From positions 1 to 51,044 of IMG/VR virus record IMGVR_UViG_3300007735_000750: a stretch of 51,044 bases of DNA. One strand, written 5' to 3'. Every line of letters begins with the position of its first letter. Within the stretch, counting starts at the first letter, position 1. This document shows positions 22,907 to 32,305 of this stretch, piece by piece. Source of the DNA: a virus (Duplodnaviria > Caudoviricetes). Position numbers and translations under genes: made by a program. Below the pieces are notes generated by a model that made no database searches, was not told where the DNA came from, and saw only the letters and a program-made list of their open reading frames with translations.

Positions 22907-24568
22907 ATGAAAATAAACCTATTAAAAAGGTTACTAAAAAACACAGCCGCAATTTTGCTTGCGGTTTTTTTATGCAATAATACATCCATAGCTAACTCTT
23001 TTGGTCTTTGGATCAACGCCAATTCGACCAACAGTTACAGCGATGCTTCAAAATGGATCCCCATCGATGGTTCCTTGCCAGGAGGCATCCCTGGCCCTGG
23101 CAACGACGCTTATATTTTTGACGGCACCCTTTTGGTGGAGGGAAGTGGAAATTTCAACCCGCAACAACTGATCATGGGCTGGGAAAATTCTCATGTGGGC
23201 GAATATTTACAGACGGGCGGAAGCACCAGAACTGAATATTGGACAAAAGTAGGGAACGCAGGCAACCAAATATTCAATCAAAGTGGAGGCATTTATTCAA
23301 CAGGTGACATGGCAGTGGGATGGAAAAGAGATGCTAATATAGGTTTGGGCGTGATGAACTTGAATGGCGGTACTTTTGAAAGCCGTGCAGCAACTTTCAT
23401 AGGTTTGGAAGGAGCTACGGGTGTTATGAACATTAACGGAGGGGTTTACAATGCCGTGGGCAATAGCTGGGGATCTTTCAGAATTGCTGATTATGGCACT
23501 GGCACAGGAACATTGAATTTAAGTGACAGTGGAGTAGTCAATGCCAGTCAGTATACGGCGGTGGGAGGTTGGGGTAATGGAACACTCAATATCACTGGAG
23601 GCACTTGGAATCAGACCTCGGGGGGAATTGTGGTAGGAGATTTTGCAGATACCAATTGGACAGGTCGCGGGATCGTGAACCAGGCTGGCGGCCAGGTTAA
23701 CGCGGATATGATTTTACTGCAGCAAGGCACTTATAACCTCAACGGAGGCAATCTATCCGCGTTTGGTATTGCAGATACATCTGCTAGTGGCATGGGTATT
23801 TTTAATTTTAATGGCGGCGTACTACTTGCTCGTGATAATAATACGAACTTCATAGAAGCTAATACAGTGGATATTAAGTCTGGAGGGGCAACTATTGACA
23901 CCTCAAACAAAGAAGTATGGGTATCCAAAGATATATCAGGTACAGGAGGCTTAGTCAAGACGGGATTAGGCACTCTAAAGCTAACTGGTGCTAACTCTTA
24001 CACAGGTGCAACCGCTGTGAATGCAGGCACTTTGATTGTGAATGGTTCTTTGCAAAGTTCAGATGTTATTGTTGCCACAGGAACCACATTGGCAGGTTCT
24101 GGATCTTTGCAATCAGTAACATTGCAAGGAGGTACTCTATCTCCAGGAAATAGTCCAGGTTTACTAACGGCCTCTAGTTTAGATGCATCTAATGGAAATT
24201 TTATTTTTGAATTAGGCGCACCTACAACAAGAGGAGTTACTTATGATGCAATTGATGTGGCTAATTTATTAAAATTAGGATCTGGAACAAGTTGGCAATT
24301 TCAAATTAATAACGGATATGCTTTTCAAATGAATGATTCTTATGATTTATTTAATTTTGGAAGTATTGATACAACTGGATTTGATATATCAACATTTCAA
24401 GCCTCATTACCAAATTTAGATACAGCAAACTCTGGATTACAATGGAGCGTAGATATATTTACTACTGATGGAGTAGTTTCTGTTATTCCAGAACCATCTT
24501 CACTTGGGCTTTTAATTATTGGCGGAAGTATGTTATATGGTCTTAGGAGATTAAGAAGAAATGGATGA
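22907..24568 (+). CDS. PEP-CTERM surface protein with autotransporter passenger-associated beta-strand repeat
   Basis: Signal peptide; GTGGLVKTGLGTLKLTGANSYTGATAVNAGTL; LSPGNSPG; C-terminal VIPEPSS + TM + RRLRR. Confidence 0.9.
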   Translation: MKINLLKRLLKNTAAILLAVFLCNNTSIANSFGLWINANSTNSYSDASKWIPIDGSLPGGIPGPGNDAYIFDGTLLVEGSGNFNPQQLIMGWENSHVGEYLQTGGSTRTEYWTKVGNAGNQIFNQSGGIYSTGDMAVGWKRDANIGLGVMNLNGGTFESRAATFIGLEGATGVMNINGGVYNAVGNSWGSFRIADYGTGTGTLNLSDSGVVNASQYTAVGGWGNGTLNITGGTWNQTSGGIVVGDFADTNWTGRGIVNQAGGQVNADMILLQQGTYNLNGGNLSAFGIADTSASGMGIFNFNGGVLLARDNNTNFIEANTVDIKSGGATIDTSNKEVWVSKDISGTGGLVKTGLGTLKLTGANSYTGATAVNAGTLIVNGSLQSSDVIVATGTTLAGSGSLQSVTLQGGTLSPGNSPGLLTASSLDASNGNFIFELGAPTTRGVTYDAIDVANLLKLGSGTSWQFQINNGYAFQMNDSYDLFNFGSIDTTGFDISTFQASLPNLDTANSGLQWSVDIFTTDGVVSVIPEPSSLGLLIIGGSMLYGLRRLRRNG

Positions 24569-24797
24569 ACAATTGAAAACCTTATTAAAAGAAAATTATT
24601 ATAGTCCAACCCCCGAACAAACAGAAAAATTTATATATAATTTTCATCAATATAGAACTAAAAAGAAAGCAGAAGAAAAAACTTATTATTCATTAATACT
24701 AATTGGTTTTTTAATCTTGACATTATTAGGATCAATAGCCATAAAAGAAACAACAAATAAACTAGATATACAAACAGCCGCAGGAGTTCAAAAATGA
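24561..24797 (+). CDS. single-TM membrane protein
   Basis: Overlaps upstream stop; one hydrophobic helix. Confidence 0.7.
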   Translation: MDEQLKTLLKENYYSPTPEQTEKFIYNFHQYRTKKKAEEKTYYSLILIGFLILTLLGSIAIKETTNKLDIQTAAGVQK

Positions 24798-25111
24798 AAA
24801 AATTAATTTATATTGTACTAGGTGCAATTGCTTTAACAGCTTATGCTTATACAGAAAATCAAATTAAAATAAGTTTAAAAAGAAATATTAAAGGAGAAAT
24901 ATTATTAAATATAACTGGGCATACTACTCCAATAATAGTCGAAATGGATGGTAAGACTACTATTTTTAATGTCGGAGACAAAGAGACTAATATAGATGAA
25001 GCAATTAGCTTAGAAGTTGAAACTACAAGTGGTAAAGAACAATCTAATGTTGATTCTCAAATTCCTCCAGTAATGAGTAATTTTAATCCACCTCTAGCGA
25101 CGCCATACTAG
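24794..25111 (+). CDS. secreted hypothetical protein
   Basis: MKKLIYIVLGAIALTAYA signal peptide; ATGA coupling. Confidence 0.7.
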   Translation: MKKLIYIVLGAIALTAYAYTENQIKISLKRNIKGEILLNITGHTTPIIVEMDGKTTIFNVGDKETNIDEAISLEVETTSGKEQSNVDSQIPPVMSNFNPPLATPY

Positions 25112-25126
25112 TGTAAAGACTATGTT

Positions 25127-25393
25127 ATGCTTAATAAAATTATAAAATGGTGGAATGATTTAGCTTATTATAATAAATTCTTTTTTCTAGTTTTTACTCC
25201 AGCAATGCTCTTTACTCTTTGGGGCATGAGCGATCTTTATATTAATTACTTTGATGAATTAACTAAAGAAGATCATATGCAATTTTTTCTTAGAATATTT
25301 TTTCCTATATCTTTGGGATTATTTATAACAGCATTAGAGCGTAAGAAAAGAAATAAATTAATAAAAGATATAAAAAATTACCTAGATACTTAA
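25127..25393 (+). CDS. two-TM membrane protein
   Basis: Two hydrophobic segments; GTGTAA at 25111. Confidence 0.7.
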   Translation: MLNKIIKWWNDLAYYNKFFFLVFTPAMLFTLWGMSDLYINYFDELTKEDHMQFFLRIFFPISLGLFITALERKKRNKLIKDIKNYLDT

Positions 25394-25409
25394 AGGTGTA
25401 GATAGTAAT

Positions 25410-25919
25410 ATGATCAAAATTAATGGAACAAAAAATGTTCGTAGAATTAATAATTTAGGTCATTTTTTTGATAGAACAAAAAGAATAATTCCAAATACCT
25501 TTCCCGTAGCAACGACAAATGCTGTAGTTGTTAGTATGTATGCTGGTATAGGTTTTCACGATGGCTTATATGTTAAAGCTAGAAAAGGAGATTTTATGAT
25601 GGATCTCCTGGATTATCGATATATTTATGTAGGTGATGGGGTTGTGTACGTGAAAGCTAATCGTTTCGCGGGTAGGGCCGCTATTATTGGGCCTTATTCA
25701 AATATATATTACTTAAATATATTAGATAATACTTCAGGTATATTTTATTCAAATAATGATAATATTTGGAAACTGGTATATCTTTTTGAAGACGAGATAT
25801 TATATATGGAGACAGAATTAATTAATAATAGCATAAATCAATATTCAAATTATATTCCAGTAAATAATTGGAAAGTTTTCGGCGCCGACATTCCAGTCAA
25901 CCCTTTGCTTCTTCCTTAA
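25410..25919 (+). CDS. hypothetical protein
   Basis: ORF; GTGTAG at 25396. Confidence 0.7.
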   Translation: MIKINGTKNVRRINNLGHFFDRTKRIIPNTFPVATTNAVVVSMYAGIGFHDGLYVKARKGDFMMDLLDYRYIYVGDGVVYVKANRFAGRAAIIGPYSNIYYLNILDNTSGIFYSNNDNIWKLVYLFEDEILYMETELINNSINQYSNYIPVNNWKVFGADIPVNPLLLP

Positions 25920-26091
25920 TTTTTTATTTAATTCTCTCTTTTAAATAAAGTATATAAACTAAAACTGCACCACAAATTAACCAAGAAGCTAGTGTCATAT
26001 AAAAGCATTACACTAAGTTTAAATATCAGGATTATAGAGACAAAATGACTCTATTTCTACTTTAAATTATTTTATGTGTATATAATTATAT

Positions 26092-26520
26092 ATGCCTATA
26101 CCAAAGCCAAAAAAGAAAGAAAAAGAGAGCGATTATATGGGTCGCTGTATGCCAGCAATCAAAGAAGAATTCACAAGTCAAGATCAAAGAGTTGCTGTAT
26201 GTTTAACTACTTTTCGTAAAGGTAAGAAACAAAAAGTTAAAGCTATGGAAGTAGATATTTGTGATAGTGAAGCTTATCAAAAAACTTATAAAGGCAAAAC
26301 AAGAAGTGAATTAAAAGATAGTGACTTTCTTTTTCCAGAAGATAGAAGTTTCCCCTTAACTACGAACAAGGACGTGCGTGATGCCATTAATAATTTTGGT
26401 CGAATGAAAAAAGCCATGAGCTACGAATCATTTATAAAGAAACTTTGGCAAAAAGCAAAATCAAAAGGATTAGAATCTGGCGTGCCAGAAAGTACTAGAG
26501 AAAAATATAATCTTAAATAA
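26092..26520 (+). CDS. two-module basic protein, probable internal head protein
   Basis: MPIPKP...YMGRCM...QRVAVC plus RSELKDSDFLFP..RSFPL...VRDAI modules. Confidence 0.65.
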   Translation: MPIPKPKKKEKESDYMGRCMPAIKEEFTSQDQRVAVCLTTFRKGKKQKVKAMEVDICDSEAYQKTYKGKTRSELKDSDFLFPEDRSFPLTTNKDVRDAINNFGRMKKAMSYESFIKKLWQKAKSKGLESGVPESTREKYNLK

Positions 26521-26523
26521 TTC

Positions 26524-27159
26524 TTATTTATTATTTATATAATTTAAAATTTTTTCTATTTCTTCTTTTGTTGCATCATTTTTTAGTTTATTTGCGCGCA
26601 AAGAAATAACTCTCACGTTATCTTTAGTATAACCCTTGGAATTGTCAACGCGGTCTAAAGATGGTGATCTTGGGCAAGATTGACTTCCACTTGCGAATTC
26701 ATATTTAATTCCTAATATTGGGCAAAATTCTCCCATATTATTTTTTATAAATTCTTTATTTATATTTATTTGTAATTTCTTTTGTTTTGCTCGCATTTTC
26801 GCGTTATTAAGAAGATTATCAATAGATAATTTTTTTCTTCCTTCTTCTGTTGATCTAAATTTATTTAAATAATCATGTTTATATTCGCTCTTGCATTTTT
26901 TACAATAAGTTTGATAATTATCTTTTTTACATTTACCAAAATTTTCAATTTTTAATTCTTTTAAACATCGGCAACATTTTTTATAACCTTCTGCACATTT
27001 ATAAAAAAGTTTATAAATATTTAATGAATTTGCTTTTACTTGTATAGATCTATAATTTCTATTTAATTTTTCAGCACAATATCTACATCCATATTTAGGA
27101 TAATTTTCTATTAAAAAATCAATCTCTTGTTTTGAATAACTTTTTTTCTTGCGTCTCAT
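26524..27159 (-). CDS. HNH-like homing endonuclease
   Basis: CxxC pairs, CPILG, PSLDRVDNSKGYTKDNVRVIS..ANKLKND; GTGTAA on - strand at 27169-27174. Confidence 0.8.
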   Translation of the reverse strand: MRRKKKSYSKQEIDFLIENYPKYGCRYCAEKLNRNYRSIQVKANSLNIYKLFYKCAEGYKKCCRCLKELKIENFGKCKKDNYQTYCKKCKSEYKHDYLNKFRSTEEGRKKLSIDNLLNNAKMRAKQKKLQININKEFIKNNMGEFCPILGIKYEFASGSQSCPRSPSLDRVDNSKGYTKDNVRVISLRANKLKNDATKEEIEKILNYINNK

Positions 27160-27306
27160 ATATCTTTATTACACAAAAAAGATGAATATGATGCAAAATA
27201 AAACTTAAATTTTATAGCTGCAATTCCAGAATCCACCAAAAAAGAACATAATCTCTCCTAATTTAAAATTAGATTAAATTATTCATTTAGTATATAATAA
27301 TATTAA

Positions 27307-27732
27307 ATGAAAAGATATTGTTTAGATTGTGGCGCGCCTACAGAATATAGTTTAAAAAAACCAGTATTTTGTTCAAATTGTGGAAATTCTTTTGAAAAGA
27401 ATATTCAAGTTTCTCAACCAGTAGTTCAAAAAGTACAGCTTCAAAAACCAACTATTGCTAAGAAAACATATATTCCAGAGGTAGATATTGATGATGATCA
27501 AGATTTTGATGATAACGAAGAAAATATTACAAGCGTCCCTCAAATATCAAAGATTCAAGTTGAAACCGCTACGGAAAGACCAAATAGAGGAGTAAAATTA
27601 AAAGATTTAATGGGAACAGGAGAAAATACAAAAAGAAATAAAATAAAAACAAGAGGCAAAAAAATTTCAAAAAAACAAATTTTAGAAGATTTTGCCAAAG
27701 AAGCAGGTTCTTTAAGAAAAAGTAAAAAATAA
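27307..27732 (+). CDS. zinc-ribbon protein
   Basis: YCLDCG...FCSNCG. Confidence 0.75.
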   Translation: MKRYCLDCGAPTEYSLKKPVFCSNCGNSFEKNIQVSQPVVQKVQLQKPTIAKKTYIPEVDIDDDQDFDDNEENITSVPQISKIQVETATERPNRGVKLKDLMGTGENTKRNKIKTRGKKISKKQILEDFAKEAGSLRKSKK

Positions 27733-27734
27733 TA

Positions 27735-28418
27735 ATGAAGTCTTCGAAAGCAAGTTTCGAGAGTAAAATTTCGGAGATTAACCAAGAAATAAATAAAAGA
27801 AAACACAAGTGGAATTTAACCACGCTTGCTTGGATGGATTTTTATGATGTCGCACAAATATTAAGAATACATATTTATAAAAAATGGAATATGTATGATC
27901 AAAAACAACCGTTAGCACCATGGATTAATAGAATTGTTAGTAATCAAATAAAGAATCTTATAAGAAATAACTATGGAAATTATTCTAGACCTTGTTTAAA
28001 ATGTGCAGCTGCAGAAAATGAAGATGGATGTAATATTTATGCAACTCAATGTAATAAGTGTCCATTATATGCAAAATGGGAAAAAAGTAAAAAATCTGCG
28101 CACGATATTAAACTGCCAGTTACGTTAGAGAATCATACTCAAGAAGTTCATAATATCATAGAAGATGAAATTGATATAGAGAAAGCGGCAAAAAATATTC
28201 ATACAAAAATGCGTCAAATTTTAAAACCGATTGAATGGAAGTTTTATGAGTTGCATTACATTCAGCATAAATCTGAAGAAGATTCGGCTAAACTCATGGG
28301 ATATAAAACAAGTGAAAAAAATCGTAAAATAGGATACAAACAAGTAAAAAATTTGAAAAAAGCTATAATGGTAAAAGTAAAAAAACATCTTTATAATGGA
28401 GATATAGACATTCATTAA
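27735..28418 (+). CDS. phage sigma70/ECF-like factor with Cys-rich insertion
   Basis: Region-2-like DFYDVAQILRIHIYKKWNMYDQKQPLAPWINRIVSNQIKNLIR; region-4-like LKPIEWKFYELHYIQHKSEEDSAKLMG. Confidence 0.7.
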   Translation: MKSSKASFESKISEINQEINKRKHKWNLTTLAWMDFYDVAQILRIHIYKKWNMYDQKQPLAPWINRIVSNQIKNLIRNNYGNYSRPCLKCAAAENEDGCNIYATQCNKCPLYAKWEKSKKSAHDIKLPVTLENHTQEVHNIIEDEIDIEKAAKNIHTKMRQILKPIEWKFYELHYIQHKSEEDSAKLMGYKTSEKNRKIGYKQVKNLKKAIMVKVKKHLYNGDIDIH

Positions 28419-28419
28419 T

Positions 28420-29514
28420 ATGAACGAAAATTTACCAGAACTATCTCAAGAACAGCAGTTAAAGCTATTAGAAGAATGGAATAATAGGCCAGATAATCCA
28501 CCCTCTTTAGTTGAACTTGTAAAATTAGCTTTTAATAGAGACGATCTCGATGGGAGAAGCAAAGAAGGAAAAGCTGTAAAAAATTTTCTTGCTTCTAGAC
28601 AAATAAAACCAAGAAAAAGTCACGAATATCAAGCTAAAGGATTAATAGAGCTTAATGATGAGCAAAAAGAATACATAAGTAATAATTGTTCCACAATGAC
28701 GGGATTAGAGATAGCCAAGATTTTATTTAAAAATGAATCTTTAACAAATTTATCTCAAGAAACAAGAAGCATATTAGAATATATGAAGGTCGTGCCATCA
28801 AATGTTAAATATTCTGATACAACCAATCAAAATGCTTCAACCGAGGAATATCGCGCTCCAAAAAGTGAAGAAAGAATGATAGCGAAAGTCAATAGATATA
28901 TTCTTGATGGAATAGATAAAGAAAAGATTACGCCAAAGCAAAAGAAGGAAGTAAATTCATTAATTGGCTACATGAATACTTTTAGATTTGGACACCAAAT
29001 TAATCTTTATGATGATGAAAGAGATCGCGAGCTTTTTGAAAGTAGTTTTGTTAGATATACTCATGATAAAAGCGATTTGACACAAGAAGAGGTAGATCAA
29101 TATATTGTTCTTTCCACAGAGGTTGTTATATCGTCAAATATTCAACAAACAATTAATGTTTTACAAAACCAAATTGATATAGCAATTCAAGAGGACGGCA
29201 AGATTCCAATGGCGCTTGTAGAAGCAAGTAATACTGCTAGAAAAGAATACAATGACTGCGTAAATCGTCAGCAAAAACTTCTTAATGATCTGAAAGTCAA
29301 AAGAAGTGAAAGACTTAGCAAACAAGTAAAAGAAAATGCTAGCATATTAAATCTTGTTGAAATGTGGAAACAGGAAGAATCTAGACAAAAGTTAATCAAA
29401 ATGGCAGAGCTTAGAAAATCTGTACTTAAAAAAGAAATCGAAAGACTTGGTACAATGGATGAACTAAAATCAAAAATTCTGGGGATATCAGAAGAAGATA
29501 TTTTAAATGGATGA
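28420..29514 (+). CDS. coiled-coil protein upstream of terminase (possible small terminase subunit)
   Basis: Position; HTH-like segment and long helical C-terminus. Confidence 0.45.
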   Translation: MNENLPELSQEQQLKLLEEWNNRPDNPPSLVELVKLAFNRDDLDGRSKEGKAVKNFLASRQIKPRKSHEYQAKGLIELNDEQKEYISNNCSTMTGLEIAKILFKNESLTNLSQETRSILEYMKVVPSNVKYSDTTNQNASTEEYRAPKSEERMIAKVNRYILDGIDKEKITPKQKKEVNSLIGYMNTFRFGHQINLYDDERDRELFESSFVRYTHDKSDLTQEEVDQYIVLSTEVVISSNIQQTINVLQNQIDIAIQEDGKIPMALVEASNTARKEYNDCVNRQQKLLNDLKVKRSERLSKQVKENASILNLVEMWKQEESRQKLIKMAELRKSVLKKEIERLGTMDELKSKILGISEEDILNG

Positions 29515-30446
29515 GTGTTATATGTAAAATTGATGGCAAAGAATTTAAAGATGAAAAAAGTCTTCATTTCGCGTTAAAGGGTTATGGTTTAAATAAAGTA
29601 AAATATTATCAAACTTATTATGAGCGTAGAGATCTACTTACAAATGAACTAATTAATTTTAAAACAAAAGAACAATATCTTAATAGCGATTTTAATGATA
29701 AAAATAATATGAAAAAATGGTTGAAGGAACAGCCGCTAGATAAAGCTCAAGAATATTGTAAAAACTTACTTATTAAGAGAAAAGAAATGAAAAATCTAAT
29801 CTACTCACCAACCCAAGTAGAATTAAGAACTATAATGGCTCCTTCTATTATATTTTATAATAAGATATTTAAAGATTACTATGATACTTGCTCATCAATT
29901 GGTTTAGAGAATAAATATATACATCCAAAATTAATAGAAGACAATTTTAAAAACAAGCTAACACAAAAAGATACAATCTTTGTGGACACTAGAGAGCAAA
30001 GCTGGTTAAAGTTTGATATTCCATTTGAGATTAAAACATTAAGTTTTGGCGACTATGCTTGTTCGAATAATAATTGTGGATGTTTTATTGAAAGAAAAAG
30101 TTTAAGTGACTTTATCAGTACTTTAAGCGTAAAAAACTATGATCGTTTTAAAAATGAAATAGAGAAAGCTCTTAAAAATAATTGCTATATCATAGTTATG
30201 GTAGAAGAGTCTTTGAGTAATGCTTTGAGCTTTCAATATCTACCGCATATTAGTAAGAAAATTAAAGCTACTCCAGAATACATATTTCATAATGTCCGCG
30301 AGCTTTTACAAAATTATTCAAATCTTCAATTTCTTTTTGTTGATGGAAGAAAAGAAATGACAAGAATTATAGAAAGTATTTTTGCTAGCAATTGTTTCTA
30401 TAAGAAAATAGATCTTCAGCTGGCTTATGATATGAAAGCTTTATGA
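29511..30446 (+). CDS. ERCC4-domain nuclease
   Basis: VDTREQ, LSFGDY, IERKSLSDF motifs. Confidence 0.8.
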   Translation: MSVICKIDGKEFKDEKSLHFALKGYGLNKVKYYQTYYERRDLLTNELINFKTKEQYLNSDFNDKNNMKKWLKEQPLDKAQEYCKNLLIKRKEMKNLIYSPTQVELRTIMAPSIIFYNKIFKDYYDTCSSIGLENKYIHPKLIEDNFKNKLTQKDTIFVDTREQSWLKFDIPFEIKTLSFGDYACSNNNCGCFIERKSLSDFISTLSVKNYDRFKNEIEKALKNNCYIIVMVEESLSNALSFQYLPHISKKIKATPEYIFHNVRELLQNYSNLQFLFVDGRKEMTRIIESIFASNCFYKKIDLQLAYDMKAL

Positions 30447-32287
30447 TATATTCCCCAGATAAATATAAGAAAAATTATACAGATATTAATTTTGAGCTTT
30501 CTCAATTAAAAGGAATACTTAATGATAAAGAGGCTAAGATTACATTAGCAAAATTTTTGAGAGCAAATCTAGGTTTTACTACTGAATTAATTAGTGGAAT
30601 TAAACTAGCTCCTTATCAAGAAATACATCTAAAAGGTTTACTTAATAGAAATTTTAATATGTGCGTTTTTGGTCGTGGATGTGGTAAATCATTTATGGCT
30701 TCAGTTTTTTGTTTCTTACAATGTATTTTTGAACCAAATACTAAAATCCTGATTGCTGGCCCTACATTTAGAACTGCTAGATTTATATTTAATAATTTAG
30801 AAAAGATTGTAGATAGTAAAGGTGGAGAATTATTAAAACAAGCTTTTGGCGCAAAAAGTAAAAGAAATGATCAATATGAATGGCAAATAAACGGAGGAAG
30901 TATTGTAGCAATTCCATTAAGTGGTGAAAAGATTCGAGGCTTTCGAGCCAATGTACTCGTACTTGATGAGTTTCTACTTTTATCGGAAGATATAGTTAAA
31001 ACAGTTCTTATGCCATTCTTAGTTGCTCCTCAAAATATGAAAGAGCGAATGGAGATAAGAGAAATAGAAGATAATCTTATTAAAGAAGGAGTAATGAAAG
31101 AAGAAGATAGAATGGTATTTCCAAATAATAGTAAAATGATTGCTCTCTCATCTGCAAGCTATACTTTTGAAAACCTTTACAAGACTTACAACGAATGGAC
31201 AGAAAAAATTTATTCTAAAGAAGAGAACGAAGCGACATATTTTGTTTCTCAGATGAGCTATGAAGCGCTTCCAGAAGAAATGATTGATAAAACAATTATT
31301 GAAGAAGCTCAAGCAGGTGGATCAAGTCATAGTAGTTTCCTTAGAGAATATTGCGCTAGATTTATTGATGGTAGTGATAGTTATTTTAGTGCTAAAAAAA
31401 TGGAAGAATGTACAATACCAAATGGCCAAGCTCCACATACTCTTATGAAAGGTTTAGCTAACAAAAAATATATTTTAGGAATTGATCCTAACATGAGCGA
31501 TAGTCCTAATGCGGATTATTTTGCTATGGCAGTTATAGAAATTGATGACGAAACAAAAACAGGCACATTAGTTCATACATACGCAGGACTTGGGAACCTA
31601 AAAAATCACGTACAATATTTATATTATATAATGACTAATTTTAATATTGTATTTATGATTCTTGATAATGCTGGCGCAGACATATTTCTTTCTGCTTGTA
31701 ATGAATCAGAGTTATTTAAAAATAATAATTTTAAAATTAATTCTTTTGAATTCAATTCTGATTTAGAGGGTTTAGATTATGACCATGAAGTCAAAAAGGC
31801 TAGAAATTCTTATAATTTAGAAGCAAAAAAGATAGCTTTTAATCAAGTATTTACTAGCAGCTTTATAAGAAAATCTAATGAACATTTACAAGCATCTATT
31901 GATTATAAAAAAATATGGTTTGCTAGCAAAACATGTGCAAATGATAGTTTTTTTGAAGGTCAATTTAATCAAAATATACCTATAGATCTCATGAAATCAG
32001 AAGAGAAGAAAGACTGGTCTACTTTAGATTTTATAGAAAATCAAGATGATTTTATCTATCAAACAAAAAAACAATGTACTCTTATAGAACATTCTTCTAC
32101 AGCAAGAGGCACTCAATCATTTGATTTACCTCAACACCTTAAAAGAAGCTCATCTGCTAATAAAGCTAGAAAAGATAATTATTCTGCACTTTTATTAGCA
32201 AATTGGGGTTTGAAGTGTTATAATGATATAATAAACGCACCAAAAGAGGAGATATCTAACACATTTACGCCAATAATGATAAAATAA
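30443..32287 (+). CDS. terL: terminase large subunit
   Basis: LAPYQ, Walker A GRGCGKS, IRGFRAN, Walker B VLVLDE, REYCARF, RNase H-like LGIDP, KDNYSA. Confidence 0.9.
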   Translation: MIYSPDKYKKNYTDINFELSQLKGILNDKEAKITLAKFLRANLGFTTELISGIKLAPYQEIHLKGLLNRNFNMCVFGRGCGKSFMASVFCFLQCIFEPNTKILIAGPTFRTARFIFNNLEKIVDSKGGELLKQAFGAKSKRNDQYEWQINGGSIVAIPLSGEKIRGFRANVLVLDEFLLLSEDIVKTVLMPFLVAPQNMKERMEIREIEDNLIKEGVMKEEDRMVFPNNSKMIALSSASYTFENLYKTYNEWTEKIYSKEENEATYFVSQMSYEALPEEMIDKTIIEEAQAGGSSHSSFLREYCARFIDGSDSYFSAKKMEECTIPNGQAPHTLMKGLANKKYILGIDPNMSDSPNADYFAMAVIEIDDETKTGTLVHTYAGLGNLKNHVQYLYYIMTNFNIVFMILDNAGADIFLSACNESELFKNNNFKINSFEFNSDLEGLDYDHEVKKARNSYNLEAKKIAFNQVFTSSFIRKSNEHLQASIDYKKIWFASKTCANDSFFEGQFNQNIPIDLMKSEEKKDWSTLDFIENQDDFIYQTKKQCTLIEHSSTARGTQSFDLPQHLKRSSSANKARKDNYSALLLANWGLKCYNDIINAPKEEISNTFTPIMIK

Positions 32288-32305
32288 GTGTAATATTTAC
32301 GTTAA

